A stretch of 39,502 nucleotides of DNA from Flavobacteriaceae bacterium (GTDB lineage Bacteria > Patescibacteriota > Minisyncoccia > Phycocordibacterales > UBA1006): the NCBI GenBank assembly GCA_047614005.1, contig JBLHIK010000003.1, forward strand, positions 1 to 39,502. The letters are read 5' to 3'. Under the pieces are notes generated by a model. The model was not told the DNA's origin and searched no databases. It was given only the letters and a program-made list of their open reading frames with translations. The stretch's first letter is position 1. Every line of letters begins with the position of its first letter. This document shows, one piece after another, positions 29,649 through 38,859 of this stretch. A program made the position numbers and the translations under genes.

Positions 29649-31439
29649 TCATTGCTTTTTTATATTTTCTGTACCAAACCATTCAGTTATTTTAATCATT
29701 GCCGAATCTCCCATTTGAGAAAGAGCTAAAACAACTAAATTTTCTTTAGCCCTAGAACAAGAAACATAAAACAGATTTTTAGTTCGTAACTTCCTGTGTT
29801 CTTTGTCATCTGTGTCATTAAAGAATTTTTGGAAATCATATTTTGCAACCCAACTTGTATCATCAATTACAACCAAAACATTTCTATATTCTTCTCCTTT
29901 TGTTCCGTGCTTTGTAGAGTATGATGTTTGCTCTTGAATGTGTTTAAAAGCACAAATCATTTCATTATAATTGGTAAGCATTAATGTTTCATAGAATAGT
30001 TTATTTTTAGTTGCTCTTTTTAACTCTTCTTCATCACTAATAGTTGAGACATCTATAGCTATCTTTTCTAAAAATTTTTGTAATTTTCTAGAGGGAAGCG
30101 ATAACTTATTTTCTTGGCAAAAATTAAAAACATCTTGGATTGTTCCAGTCGTTCTTAAAGTTGTTAATTCTTTTAATTTATTTTCTATTTCTTGTTTGTC
30201 TGAATGTTTAGTTAGAGAGCTAAAAACACCTTGTTGTTTTAGATACTTTATAACTCTGTTATAATTTTTGTCCGCCCAAAAAGAAACTAAATGTTCAATT
30301 CCTGTTTCTCGTTCACTAGAGTTTTTTTTGTCTTTAGAACCAAAGAAGTAAGACGAAAAATGATTTTCTCTATTTAATAATTCAGTTTTAGGGTCATAAA
30401 ACCTTTTTGAATAAGTTTTATATAGATTTCCAAAACCTGCTCTTTCTGCAACTTTGCTATTTGCAATTATTAGAATCTTGTCATCACCTGATTCTGAAAA
30501 GTCCCAACCTTCTGCGTCTAATCTTGTAATAATACTGTCATAGTCTAAATCTTTTTTAGGTGCTATTCTCGCTCGATAAGGTGCACCTTTTTCTTTTGGA
30601 TTCCTTGAAGCATTTGTACAATTAATAAATTGAACGCTTCCATCAATACTTTCTTTACTTTCAGGTATTGTTTGAGTTATATTATCTCGAATGTTATTTA
30701 ATAGATTAACAACACTTTCGGAAGAACGATAATTGTCGTCCTTTGTCACAAGTTCAAGCTTGTTTGAATCAATATAAGGTTGTAATGAACCAATACCAGT
30801 GTCGTAAATTTTTTGATAAGAATCTCCATAGAAACCAACTAATAGTTTCGCTTTGTTTCTTTCAAGTAGATAACTTACAATCGCATCAACAGTTTCACTA
30901 GCAGTATCTTGATATTCATCTATAAATAAGTAAGGATATTTTTGGCCTAAAATATGAGTTAAGGATGTATAGTTTTTAAACATTCGTAAAGACAAAGTTA
31001 TTACATCATCATGATGAAGACTTCCTTGTTCAAAATCTCTATAACCACTATCATCATAAGTAACTTCTTTAATTCTATCTTTTAATCCAGTTTTGTATTT
31101 ATCTGGCTTATCAATAAGCATAGCTTCATTTAATAAATCCAATTGGATTATTAATTGTTTGTTGAATCTTTTGATGCAATCCCATAAAAATTCGTGAATG
31201 GTAGAGACAATGACTAAAGGATTATTTTCAAGCCTTTCAATAATTTCATTTTTTGCTACATTAGTATATGTAATACAAACAATTTTTTGATTGTTTAACT
31301 TGATACTTTCTCCTTTTGTTTCTAAAACGTGATTTATCGTTTGAATTAAAGTATATGTTTTTCCTGAACCTGCTCCAGCTTCAAGTACATAACTTTTATT
31401 TTCTTCTATATGTTCTATTATTTGTTCTATAGCTGTCAT
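29649..31439 (-). CDS. gajB: UvrD-like helicase, Gabija GajB-type
   Basis: VLEAGAGSGKT, CITYTNVA, STIH, FIDEYQD, GDSYQKIY, NYRS, TKHGTKGEEY and LFYVSCSRAK motifs. Starts 1 nt after the OLD nuclease stop codon. Confidence 0.8.
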   Translation of the reverse strand: MTAIEQIIEHIEENKSYVLEAGAGSGKTYTLIQTINHVLETKGESIKLNNQKIVCITYTNVAKNEIIERLENNPLVIVSTIHEFLWDCIKRFNKQLIIQLDLLNEAMLIDKPDKYKTGLKDRIKEVTYDDSGYRDFEQGSLHHDDVITLSLRMFKNYTSLTHILGQKYPYLFIDEYQDTASETVDAIVSYLLERNKAKLLVGFYGDSYQKIYDTGIGSLQPYIDSNKLELVTKDDNYRSSESVVNLLNNIRDNITQTIPESKESIDGSVQFINCTNASRNPKEKGAPYRARIAPKKDLDYDSIITRLDAEGWDFSESGDDKILIIANSKVAERAGFGNLYKTYSKRFYDPKTELLNRENHFSSYFFGSKDKKNSSERETGIEHLVSFWADKNYNRVIKYLKQQGVFSSLTKHSDKQEIENKLKELTTLRTTGTIQDVFNFCQENKLSLPSRKLQKFLEKIAIDVSTISDEEELKRATKNKLFYETLMLTNYNEMICAFKHIQEQTSYSTKHGTKGEEYRNVLVVIDDTSWVAKYDFQKFFNDTDDKEHRKLRTKNLFYVSCSRAKENLVVLALSQMGDSAMIKITEWFGTENIKKQ

Positions 31440-31440
31440 T

Positions 31441-33486
31441 CTAATCGTTTTTAGCTAACCAAATCAAACCTTCATTTATATATTCTGGAACTTTCCATTT
31501 GCCATATTTCTTTTCATCAAATGACATAATATCAAATGTGAATTCTGTTTTTTGTTTAGATGTAAACTCATCAGGTATTTCTTTAGAAATATCTTTGTTT
31601 TTTAGATACGAAAACTCATTTTTAATGACTAGATTTTCTTCTCCGTCCTCAATATGTTCAGATAAAAAAAACTCTTTATTTGTATTTATAAAAGCATCTT
31701 CAAAACTTCTTGCGTTAAAACCGTTTTCATTTGTTTGATAAGAGACACAGATATTATCCTTTATTTTTTCTTTAACTTTACAACTTGTTAACTCTGAAAT
31801 AGTTGTCTTACTTGGTAACCATTTTATTAAAGTATAGTTTGTAGTAAATTCGCCAACATCAACTTTACATTTTCTAGTTTTCTTTTTTTCTCCGTCTTGG
31901 TATTTTTGTGCAGAATCAATATCTGTTATTATTAATGTTCTAACATTAATAAACTCTAACATTTCTTTGAATGAATGTGCATAAGCTCCACCAACTTCAA
32001 GTATAGAAACATACTCATTGCATAATAAATTCGCAGATTTCTGTATCATTTGTGGTAAAAGCATACGTTCGGTTGTTCCTTCAACCAATATAACTTTATC
32101 AGCAAAAAATAAATCAGATTTATGAAGCGTTAAATATTGCCTTAAAAATCTAAAAGTTCGTTTATCATTTTTAATTTCTAAATTATTAAAATCTTGATTT
32201 GTTATTTTGAACCCAGTTATAGTTGGTAATCTATTAAAATACCTAATTCTATTAAACCCTTTTTCTGTGTCAATTCCTGATTCTGACAGAATATGTGAAG
32301 AATGTGTTGTGATAATTACTTGTATTTGTATATCAGTATCCTTTTTAGCGTCTTTTACGAGTTCTGAAACTTGACTGATAAAGACCTGTTGCATTTGAGG
32401 ATGCATATGAGCTTCGGGCTCTTCTATAAGCACTACAAGGAAATTTGATAGCTTTTCTTCTTTTGAGTTTTTAAACTTCTCAATAAAACTTGCTAACTCT
32501 AAAATCATATAAATTAGATTGCTATAACCAAGTCCATTATAACTTTCAGGTAAATCTATTTCATCTTGTTTGTAAAGATATTGGATGTTGTTTTTTATAA
32601 TTTTTTCAGAATCAAATTTTGAATCAATTATTATTGGTGGAATTGTAATTGGAGTTTTTGCTCCAAATTTTTTAAGTTTTGTTTGAATACTTTTAAGTAC
32701 TTTATTGTAGTTAATTTTTAAATCTTCTGATACTAATTTAAGAGCAGTTTCTAATTCAATTACATCTTTATGGTCTTTATCTCTTTGATTATAATAATTA
32801 GAAAACCCAAGAGATAAAGCATTGTTAGAATCACCTTTTGTGTCATCTAAAATTCTCATTGCTTTAATACTTTCAAAAAGTACTACTTTTTGAATTTTAG
32901 TTTTAAAGCTATCTTCGATTTTTCTATTAAAATCAGATTCTTTATCAATAGCATAGCAAACAGTTTCGTATAAAAAATTTATGTTTTTATGCAGATATTC
33001 TATTAATTCAATTGTTTTATCTTCTCTGTTTTCAAATGATTGAAATACCTTTAAAGTGTTTTTTGGTTCAAAAGAAATGCAAATTGTAGCATCATTTCTA
33101 GCATCCTCTAAATCAGTAATAAATTCACTAAGCTCAACTAATGATTCATTATCTGCTTTATTGTACTCGATTTCAAAATTGATTTTAATTTTTGGAACTT
33201 CAACTATTAATTGTTTTTCAAGTTCATTACGCTCTTCTTCTGAAATTCCTTTTTTCTTGGATTTTAAATATGTACTATGAACAGCTTTGAAAACAGCATA
33301 AGAACTTTGAGAAAAGTCCTCAAAAATAAATTTTCCATCAGTAGAAGTAGCCAATTTTATTGCTTCAAAAAAAGAAGTTTTTCCTGTGTTATTTTTTCCT
33401 ACAATTAGCGTTATATCGTCTTCTAAATTACAAATCACTTCCTCTAAAAGGCGAAAATTTTTAACTTCTATTTTTTTTATTTTCAT
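31441..33486 (-). CDS. gajA: OLD-family ATP-dependent endonuclease (ABC ATPase plus TOPRIM), Gabija GajA-type
   Basis: KNFR, VGKNNTGKTS, GLGYSN, IEEPEAHMHP, TTHSSHI, FFADKVILVEG..E and TDID motifs. Start at MKIKK, 6 nt after TATAAT. Confidence 0.82.
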   Translation of the reverse strand: MKIKKIEVKNFRLLEEVICNLEDDITLIVGKNNTGKTSFFEAIKLATSTDGKFIFEDFSQSSYAVFKAVHSTYLKSKKKGISEEERNELEKQLIVEVPKIKINFEIEYNKADNESLVELSEFITDLEDARNDATICISFEPKNTLKVFQSFENREDKTIELIEYLHKNINFLYETVCYAIDKESDFNRKIEDSFKTKIQKVVLFESIKAMRILDDTKGDSNNALSLGFSNYYNQRDKDHKDVIELETALKLVSEDLKINYNKVLKSIQTKLKKFGAKTPITIPPIIIDSKFDSEKIIKNNIQYLYKQDEIDLPESYNGLGYSNLIYMILELASFIEKFKNSKEEKLSNFLVVLIEEPEAHMHPQMQQVFISQVSELVKDAKKDTDIQIQVIITTHSSHILSESGIDTEKGFNRIRYFNRLPTITGFKITNQDFNNLEIKNDKRTFRFLRQYLTLHKSDLFFADKVILVEGTTERMLLPQMIQKSANLLCNEYVSILEVGGAYAHSFKEMLEFINVRTLIITDIDSAQKYQDGEKKKTRKCKVDVGEFTTNYTLIKWLPSKTTISELTSCKVKEKIKDNICVSYQTNENGFNARSFEDAFINTNKEFFLSEHIEDGEENLVIKNEFSYLKNKDISKEIPDEFTSKQKTEFTFDIMSFDEKKYGKWKVPEYINEGLIWLAKND

Positions 33487-33855
33487 ATCTCTATTATACA
33501 TCACAATAAAATATATTATAATAAAAAAACCTTTTTAATAAGTTTTTTTTATTTTTATGAAGTTTTCTGTAGTCTCAAAGAATCACTTGAACTCTCAACC
33601 TGTATGAGGTAAATAGTAATCAAACAAAAAAGAGCCCTCGTAGAAGTACTCTTTTTTTCTTATGCTTCTCGAGCGCTCACACTAGCGCTCTCTATTGTGA
33701 CACAAGTCACTAAATATAATTTTTTGCTTACGCTCAAATTCTACGTAAGTGCTCACAACCCCATCTCGCTGTTTTTCTTTTTAGTGAAAAGAAAAAAATA
33801 GCTCCGACTTCACAAAGCTAAAAAAGTAAAATAGTTTACTTTTTTTACGCTTTGT

Positions 33856-33927
33856 GACCCTACAGAGAATCGAACTCTGATTACCAGATTGAGAACCTGG
33901 TGTCCTAACCGTTAGACGATAGGGCCA
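33856..33927 (-). tRNA. tRNA-Glu (CTC); ends approximate to within 2 nt
   Basis: GGCCCTATCGTCTAACGGTTAGGACACCAGGTTCTCAATCTGGTAATCAGAGTTCGATTCTCTGTAGGGTCA. Confidence 0.93.
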
Positions 33928-34434
33928 ATTATTTATGTATTGTATTTAGATTGCTCTAGTCTTACAAGATAATTCTCAATTGAGAACCTAACCTATTTCA
34001 TCATGCTCATGACTTCGCATAGATGAAATTCCTTCGGAGCGGAGAAAATATAAAACTATTTATATTTTCTTCCTAACCGTTAGACGATAGGGCCAATTAT
34101 TTATGTATTGTATTTAGATTGCTCTAGTCTTACAAGATAATTCTCAATTGAGAACCTAACCTATTTCATCATGCTCATGACTTTGCATAAATGAAATTCC
34201 TTCGGAGCGGAGAAAATATAAAACTATTTATATTTTCTTCCTAACCGTTAGACGATAGGGCCAATTATTTATGTATTGTATTTAGATTGCTCTAGTCTTA
34301 CAAGATAATTCTCAATTGAGAACCTAACCTATTTCATCATGCTCATGACTTCGCATAAATGAAATTCCTTCGGAGCAGAGAAAATATAAAACTATTTATA
34401 TTTTCTTCCTAACCGTTAGACGATAGGGCCAATT
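33903..34434 (-). repeat. Tandem array of 168-bp units (three full plus a partial) containing tRNA-Glu 5' fragments
   Basis: tcctaaccgttagacgatagggccaatt starts at 33903, 34071, 34239 and 34407. Units differ by only a few SNPs. Confidence 0.95.
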
Positions 34435-34516
34435 GTATTTTATTATAAAGAAATGCAATATAAATACGATACCACTATACATTATTCTTCTGTAATTTAA
34501 AACACCTATATCTATT

Positions 34517-34591
34517 CTAGCTACGCTCAATCATCTTAATCTCTTCCCCATTCACGCCATACAATCCGTATACCATCTGATCGATTTCTTC
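34517..34591 (-). pseudogene. C-terminal remnant of a type IIG/Eco57I-like restriction-modification protein
   Basis: Minus-strand frame reads EEIDQMVYGLYGVNGEEIKMIERS*, matching the typical IDxxVYxLYGLTxEEIxxxE tail. An in-frame stop lies just upstream. Confidence 0.6.
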
Positions 34592-34727
34592 AATATCATA
34601 GGTTTTTGAGTTTACTATCTAACCCCAAACAATACTCATAAATGGATTGATAGTATTGAAAAAAAGAAAATTATATGAGTTTAATCTTCCATGAGGTGTT
34701 TTTTCTATGATCATAGGTTATAATACT
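34591..34727 (+). repeat. ~136-bp direct repeat ending in a TATAAT -10 box; copy at 35830..35965
   Basis: caatatcataggtttt...ctatgatcataggttataatact occurs at both positions. Confidence 0.9.
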
Positions 34728-34784
34728 ACCTGTACTAGCCATGACAATCACAGAAAAACTCACAATCATACAAACAATTTTTAC

Positions 34785-35282
34785 ATGATTACTTTTACAA
34801 AAAAAGAAAATTCTGATCAACAAGAATCAGAAAAAACTCACATTAAAACTAAAGCTCAAGAAGAAGCTGGAAATCTTGCAATATTAGACACAACAGTAAA
34901 AAAAACGGTGTCTGCTTTTCATGGGCTTATCGTCGCGATGATTATGTTATCCGTAGTTATATGGCTCTTTGTATACGTCTTCTGTTTTGTTGAGGATTCT
35001 TGCGAATCATTAGTAGCGATAGGTGGTGTATTTATGATTTTAGCTTTTTATCTCTCTTATATTGTAAATAAAGTAAAAAAGACCACCAACTACTTAGAAA
35101 TCAAAAAGAGTTTAAATACTCTCTTTTTAATTCTTATTCCTTTTTCTTTATTTATAAGTATGCTCATGATTGTGGGTTCAATATTAGGAATCATAATGTT
35201 TCTAACTTTTATTATGTTATCAATTCGTGCGTTTAAATTCTATAGAGCATTTAATTACGCAAAAAGAAATAATCTTATATAA
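34785..35282 (+). CDS. Four-TM hypothetical membrane protein, paralog 1
   Basis: MITFTKKENSDQQESEKTHIKTKAQ...AFNYAKRNNLI; tandem paralog of 35287..35784. Confidence 0.75.
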   Translation: MITFTKKENSDQQESEKTHIKTKAQEEAGNLAILDTTVKKTVSAFHGLIVAMIMLSVVIWLFVYVFCFVEDSCESLVAIGGVFMILAFYLSYIVNKVKKTTNYLEIKKSLNTLFLILIPFSLFISMLMIVGSILGIIMFLTFIMLSIRAFKFYRAFNYAKRNNLI

Positions 35283-35286
35283 AAAT

Positions 35287-35784
35287 ATGATTACTTTTGA
35301 AAAAGAAGAAAATTCTGATCAACAAGAATCAGAAAAAACTCACATTAAAACTAAAGCTCAGAAAGAAGCTGGAGATCTTGAAGCGCTAGATAAAATAATA
35401 AAAATAATAATATCTGTTTTTTATTGGCTTATTGCAACTATGATTGCACTAGCTATAATTATATTGTTTTTTTCATTTGTACTCTATTATTTTGATGAAT
35501 CTTATTCACGAGGAGTAATAGCAGGTGGTGCATTTATGATTTTAAGTTTTTATCTTTTTTATCTTACAAGTAAAGTAAAAAAGATCACCAACTACTTAGA
35601 AATCAGGCACAGACTGAATATTCTTTTTTTTATTTTTATTCCTTTTTCTTTTTTTATGTGTATTCTTATAGTAATGATTCCAATAGTAGGACTCATAATG
35701 TTTACAATATTTATTATACTACTAATTCATACGACCAAATTCTATAAAGCATTTAATTATGCAAAAAGAAATAATCTTATATAA
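35287..35784 (+). CDS. Four-TM hypothetical membrane protein, paralog 2
   Basis: MITFEKEENSDQQESEKTHIKTKAQ...AFNYAKRNNLI; 502-bp period relative to paralog 1. Confidence 0.75.
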   Translation: MITFEKEENSDQQESEKTHIKTKAQKEAGDLEALDKIIKIIISVFYWLIATMIALAIIILFFSFVLYYFDESYSRGVIAGGAFMILSFYLFYLTSKVKKITNYLEIRHRLNILFFIFIPFSFFMCILIVMIPIVGLIMFTIFIILLIHTTKFYKAFNYAKRNNLI

Positions 35785-35829
35785 AAATATGATTACTTTT
35801 ACAAAAAAAGAAAATTAAAATAGACAAAC

Positions 35830-35965
35830 CAATATCATAGGTTTTGGAGTGTACTATCTATCCCAAACAATACTCATAAATGGATTGATAGTATTGAAAA
35901 AAAGAAAATTATATGAGTTTAATCTTCCATGAGGTGTTTTTTCTATGATCATAGGTTATAATACT
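35830..35965 (+). repeat. Second copy of the 34591..34727 promoter repeat
   Basis: Direct sequence match. The -10 box sits 6 nt before the SOUL ATG. Confidence 0.9.
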
Positions 35966-35968
35966 TAC

Positions 35969-36601
35969 ATGAAAACATTTTTTATTGTAATTATCGTAGT
36001 TTTATTCGTTTGGATTGTATGGAGTTTTTTTACTGACAGTAGTCTTGAATCTCCTACATATATAGTACTTGAAAAGAAAGCAGGATATGAAATCCGTGAA
36101 TATGATTCACACATCATAGCTGAAACAACCGTGAGTGGAAATGCGTCAAATTCTACTGGCAAAGCTTTTAGAGAGATTGGAGGATATATCTTTGGCGAAA
36201 ATACTGAGAATCAAAGTATAGCTATGACTACCCCTGTGACAACAGCACAAGCCAGCACTGTTATAGAGATGACCGCTCCTGTGACTACAGAGACAAAAGA
36301 CAACATGATGACTATGTCATTTATGATGCCTTCAAGGTTTAATCTAGACAATCTCCCTAATCCAAATTCTAACAACGTCTCATTTAGAGAAGTCCCATCA
36401 GGTACATTTGCTACGATAGCATTTTCAGGACGGGCAAGTACTCAAAAACGTCTTAAGAAAACACAGCAACTTACTGAACTATTAAAACGTGACGGAGTTT
36501 CCATAGTATCAGAGGCACAGTTATTGCAATATGATCGACCGACCAAATTTCCATTACTGCAAAAAAATGAAATCAAAATAGAAATACAGAACTATGAGTA
36601 G
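35969..36601 (+). CDS. SOUL heme-binding family protein
   Basis: E.P.Y.V, YEIR.Y, AFR.I.GYIFG.N, IAMT.PV, M.F.MP, LP.P and NEI motifs. Confidence 0.9.
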   Translation: MKTFFIVIIVVLFVWIVWSFFTDSSLESPTYIVLEKKAGYEIREYDSHIIAETTVSGNASNSTGKAFREIGGYIFGENTENQSIAMTTPVTTAQASTVIEMTAPVTTETKDNMMTMSFMMPSRFNLDNLPNPNSNNVSFREVPSGTFATIAFSGRASTQKRLKKTQQLTELLKRDGVSIVSEAQLLQYDRPTKFPLLQKNEIKIEIQNYE

Positions 36602-37220
36602 GCTTTGCATTTTTGGTGCTGATGGACGTACTGGAATTCAAGTCGTAAAAACCGCTCTTGCGGATGGTCATGATGTAGTTGCTTTCGTTTATGATAAAGA
36701 AAACATGAATCATTTTGATGAATCAGTACAGGTTATACACGGAAATATTCTTGATGCACTAGCCGTAGAGGAAGCTATCAACGGTGTAGACATAGTGATC
36801 AGCGTTGTTGGTCATATAAAAAATAGTGACCCTTTAATGCAAACCAAAGGTATTAAAAACATTATTTCTGCAATGAAGAAAAATAACATTAAAAGACTGG
36901 TAAGTCTTACTGGAACAGGAGCACGTATACCTGGAGATACGCCTTCATTGGCTGATCGTTTCCTCAATATGATTGTCAATAAAATCGACCCTGAACGTAT
37001 CAATGACGGAAAAGAACATTTAGTAGCCATACAAGAGTCTCATCTTGATTGGACAATTTTGAGAGTCTTAAAGCTAACAAATAGTGACTTCAATGGAAAG
37101 TATAACCTTACAGAACATGGACCAGTTGAGCTCACTACTTCTCGAAGAAGAGTAGCCAGGATTATGATTGATTTGGCAATCTCCGAAGATTACATCGGTA
37201 AGATGCCAATTTCATCTTAA
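36594..37220 (+). CDS. NAD(P)H-binding oxidoreductase (flavin reductase/BVR-B-like)
   Basis: IFGADGRTG Rossmann motif, LDWTILR, and SR..VA; 208 aa. Confidence 0.85.
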   Translation: MSRLCIFGADGRTGIQVVKTALADGHDVVAFVYDKENMNHFDESVQVIHGNILDALAVEEAINGVDIVISVVGHIKNSDPLMQTKGIKNIISAMKKNNIKRLVSLTGTGARIPGDTPSLADRFLNMIVNKIDPERINDGKEHLVAIQESHLDWTILRVLKLTNSDFNGKYNLTEHGPVELTTSRRRVARIMIDLAISEDYIGKMPISS

Positions 37221-37335
37221 AAAAGAACACCTTTGTCGCAAAATAATGAGTTTCAGAAAAACTATAGCTCTTTTATACTGAGTATATGATAGTAGAATTT
37301 TTTAAGTCTGAGCTGAATATGATATGATACATAGC

Positions 37336-38859
37336 ATGAAAAACACTAGAAAAAAAGTAGTCGTTATTGGTGGAGGTATTGGAGGCCTTGGAACAGCATG
37401 TCTACTATCTAAACGTGGATATGAAGTAACGCTGGTTGAAAAAAATAAAAACCTTGGAGGTCGTGCAAATATTTTTACCGCTGAAGGATTTACTTTTGAC
37501 ATGGGACCATCATGGTATTTGATGCCAGATGTTTTTGAAAACTTCTACAAACTCGTAGACGAGGATATTAATGACCATTTAGATATCATTCGCCTCTCAC
37601 CATCATATCGAGTTTTTTTCCCAGGAGACGAAAATATTCCTGTCTTAGACATGGAGTCTGATTTGGAAAAAGATTTACCAACATTAGAAAAATTAGAACC
37701 TGGAGTAACCGACCGAATGAGAAGATATCTAAAAATATCTGAAAAACAATACGGCATTGCTCAACAACATTTCATGCACCGTAACTACAACTCTGTATGG
37801 GACTATTTGAAATGGGAGATTGCAAAAGAAGGTCGCAGTATGAACCCACTTCAAACAATGGAGAAATATCTTAATAAGTGGTTCAAAGATGAGCGTTTAA
37901 AAAAGATACTTGAATATACTCTCGTATTTCTTGGTTCTGCTCCATCAAAAACCCCCGCCCTCTACAATGTCATGAATCATGTTGATTTTGGTATGGGTGT
38001 ATTTTATCCTCGAGGTGGAATCTATACCATCATTGAATCATTCAAAAATATGAACGAGAAATTTGGTACTAAGATCATGACGTCATCTCCAGTGAAGAAG
38101 ATTAATGTTGAAAATAAAAGTGTTACAGGAGTAGAACTTGAATCAGGAGAAATCATTAGCGCTGACTATGTAGTTTCCAATGCTGACATGTGGTTTACTG
38201 AAACAAAACTTCTAGAGAAAGAACAACAAACCTTTCCTGAAAAATATTGGGAAAAAGCGACAATGGCTCCAACAGCATTTATTATGTATTTAGGTCTCAA
38301 TACCACAGTACCGAACCTCACTCATCACAACTTACGGTTCTGCAAAGACTGGAAACAAAACTTTGTTGAGATATTTGATAAACCTCAATTACCAAACGAT
38401 CCATCATATTATGTTTGCAAACCAACGCACACTGATAAGAACATAGCACCAGAAGGAAAAGATATTCTCTTTGTACTCGTTCCTCTTCCATATGAAGTTA
38501 CTCCAACTGAAGAACAAAAGAAATCTTATAGAGACAAAATAATATCTATGATGAAATTAGATTTGGATTTACCAGATCTTGAGGATATGATTTCCTACGA
38601 GCGAAGCTATTGGGGGGATGATTTTGGCCGTGACTATAATGCCTACAAAGGTAATGCTTTGGGTGGAATGGCTCACACATTGAAGCAAACATTATTACGA
38701 CCCAAGAACTTTAGTAAGAAAGTTAAAAACCTCTATTATGCTGGTGCAGGTACAAATCCAGGCATAGGAGTCCCAACAAGCTTAATCTCATCTCAATTAG
38801 CTTATAAGCGTATTGAAAATATTACTCACCCTCACCCACTAACAAGTCTTGATGGATAA
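37336..38859 (+). CDS. crtI: Phytoene desaturase family protein (CrtI/CrtD-like)
   Basis: VIGGGIGGL, EKN..LGGR, GFTFDMGPSWYLMP, YP.GG, VSNAD and NLYYAGAGTNPGIGVP motifs. Confidence 0.9.
   Translation: MKNTRKKVVVIGGGIGGLGTACLLSKRGYEVTLVEKNKNLGGRANIFTAEGFTFDMGPSWYLMPDVFENFYKLVDEDINDHLDIIRLSPSYRVFFPGDENIPVLDMESDLEKDLPTLEKLEPGVTDRMRRYLKISEKQYGIAQQHFMHRNYNSVWDYLKWEIAKEGRSMNPLQTMEKYLNKWFKDERLKKILEYTLVFLGSAPSKTPALYNVMNHVDFGMGVFYPRGGIYTIIESFKNMNEKFGTKIMTSSPVKKINVENKSVTGVELESGEIISADYVVSNADMWFTETKLLEKEQQTFPEKYWEKATMAPTAFIMYLGLNTTVPNLTHHNLRFCKDWKQNFVEIFDKPQLPNDPSYYVCKPTHTDKNIAPEGKDILFVLVPLPYEVTPTEEQKKSYRDKIISMMKLDLDLPDLEDMISYERSYWGDDFGRDYNAYKGNALGGMAHTLKQTLLRPKNFSKKVKNLYYAGAGTNPGIGVPTSLISSQLAYKRIENITHPHPLTSLDG

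Noticed and set aside
29649-29651. Alternative genetic code 25 (TGA=Gly) as in Gracilibacteria/Absconditabacteria
   Set aside because: Long conserved genes translate intact under code 11 without internal TGA, and TGA ends ORFs such as the helicase and the DUF167 gene.
33903-34434. 168-bp array as CRISPR or as extra functional tRNAs
   Set aside because: The intervening sequences are near-identical rather than unique spacers, and the units lack a T-arm and 3' acceptor strand.
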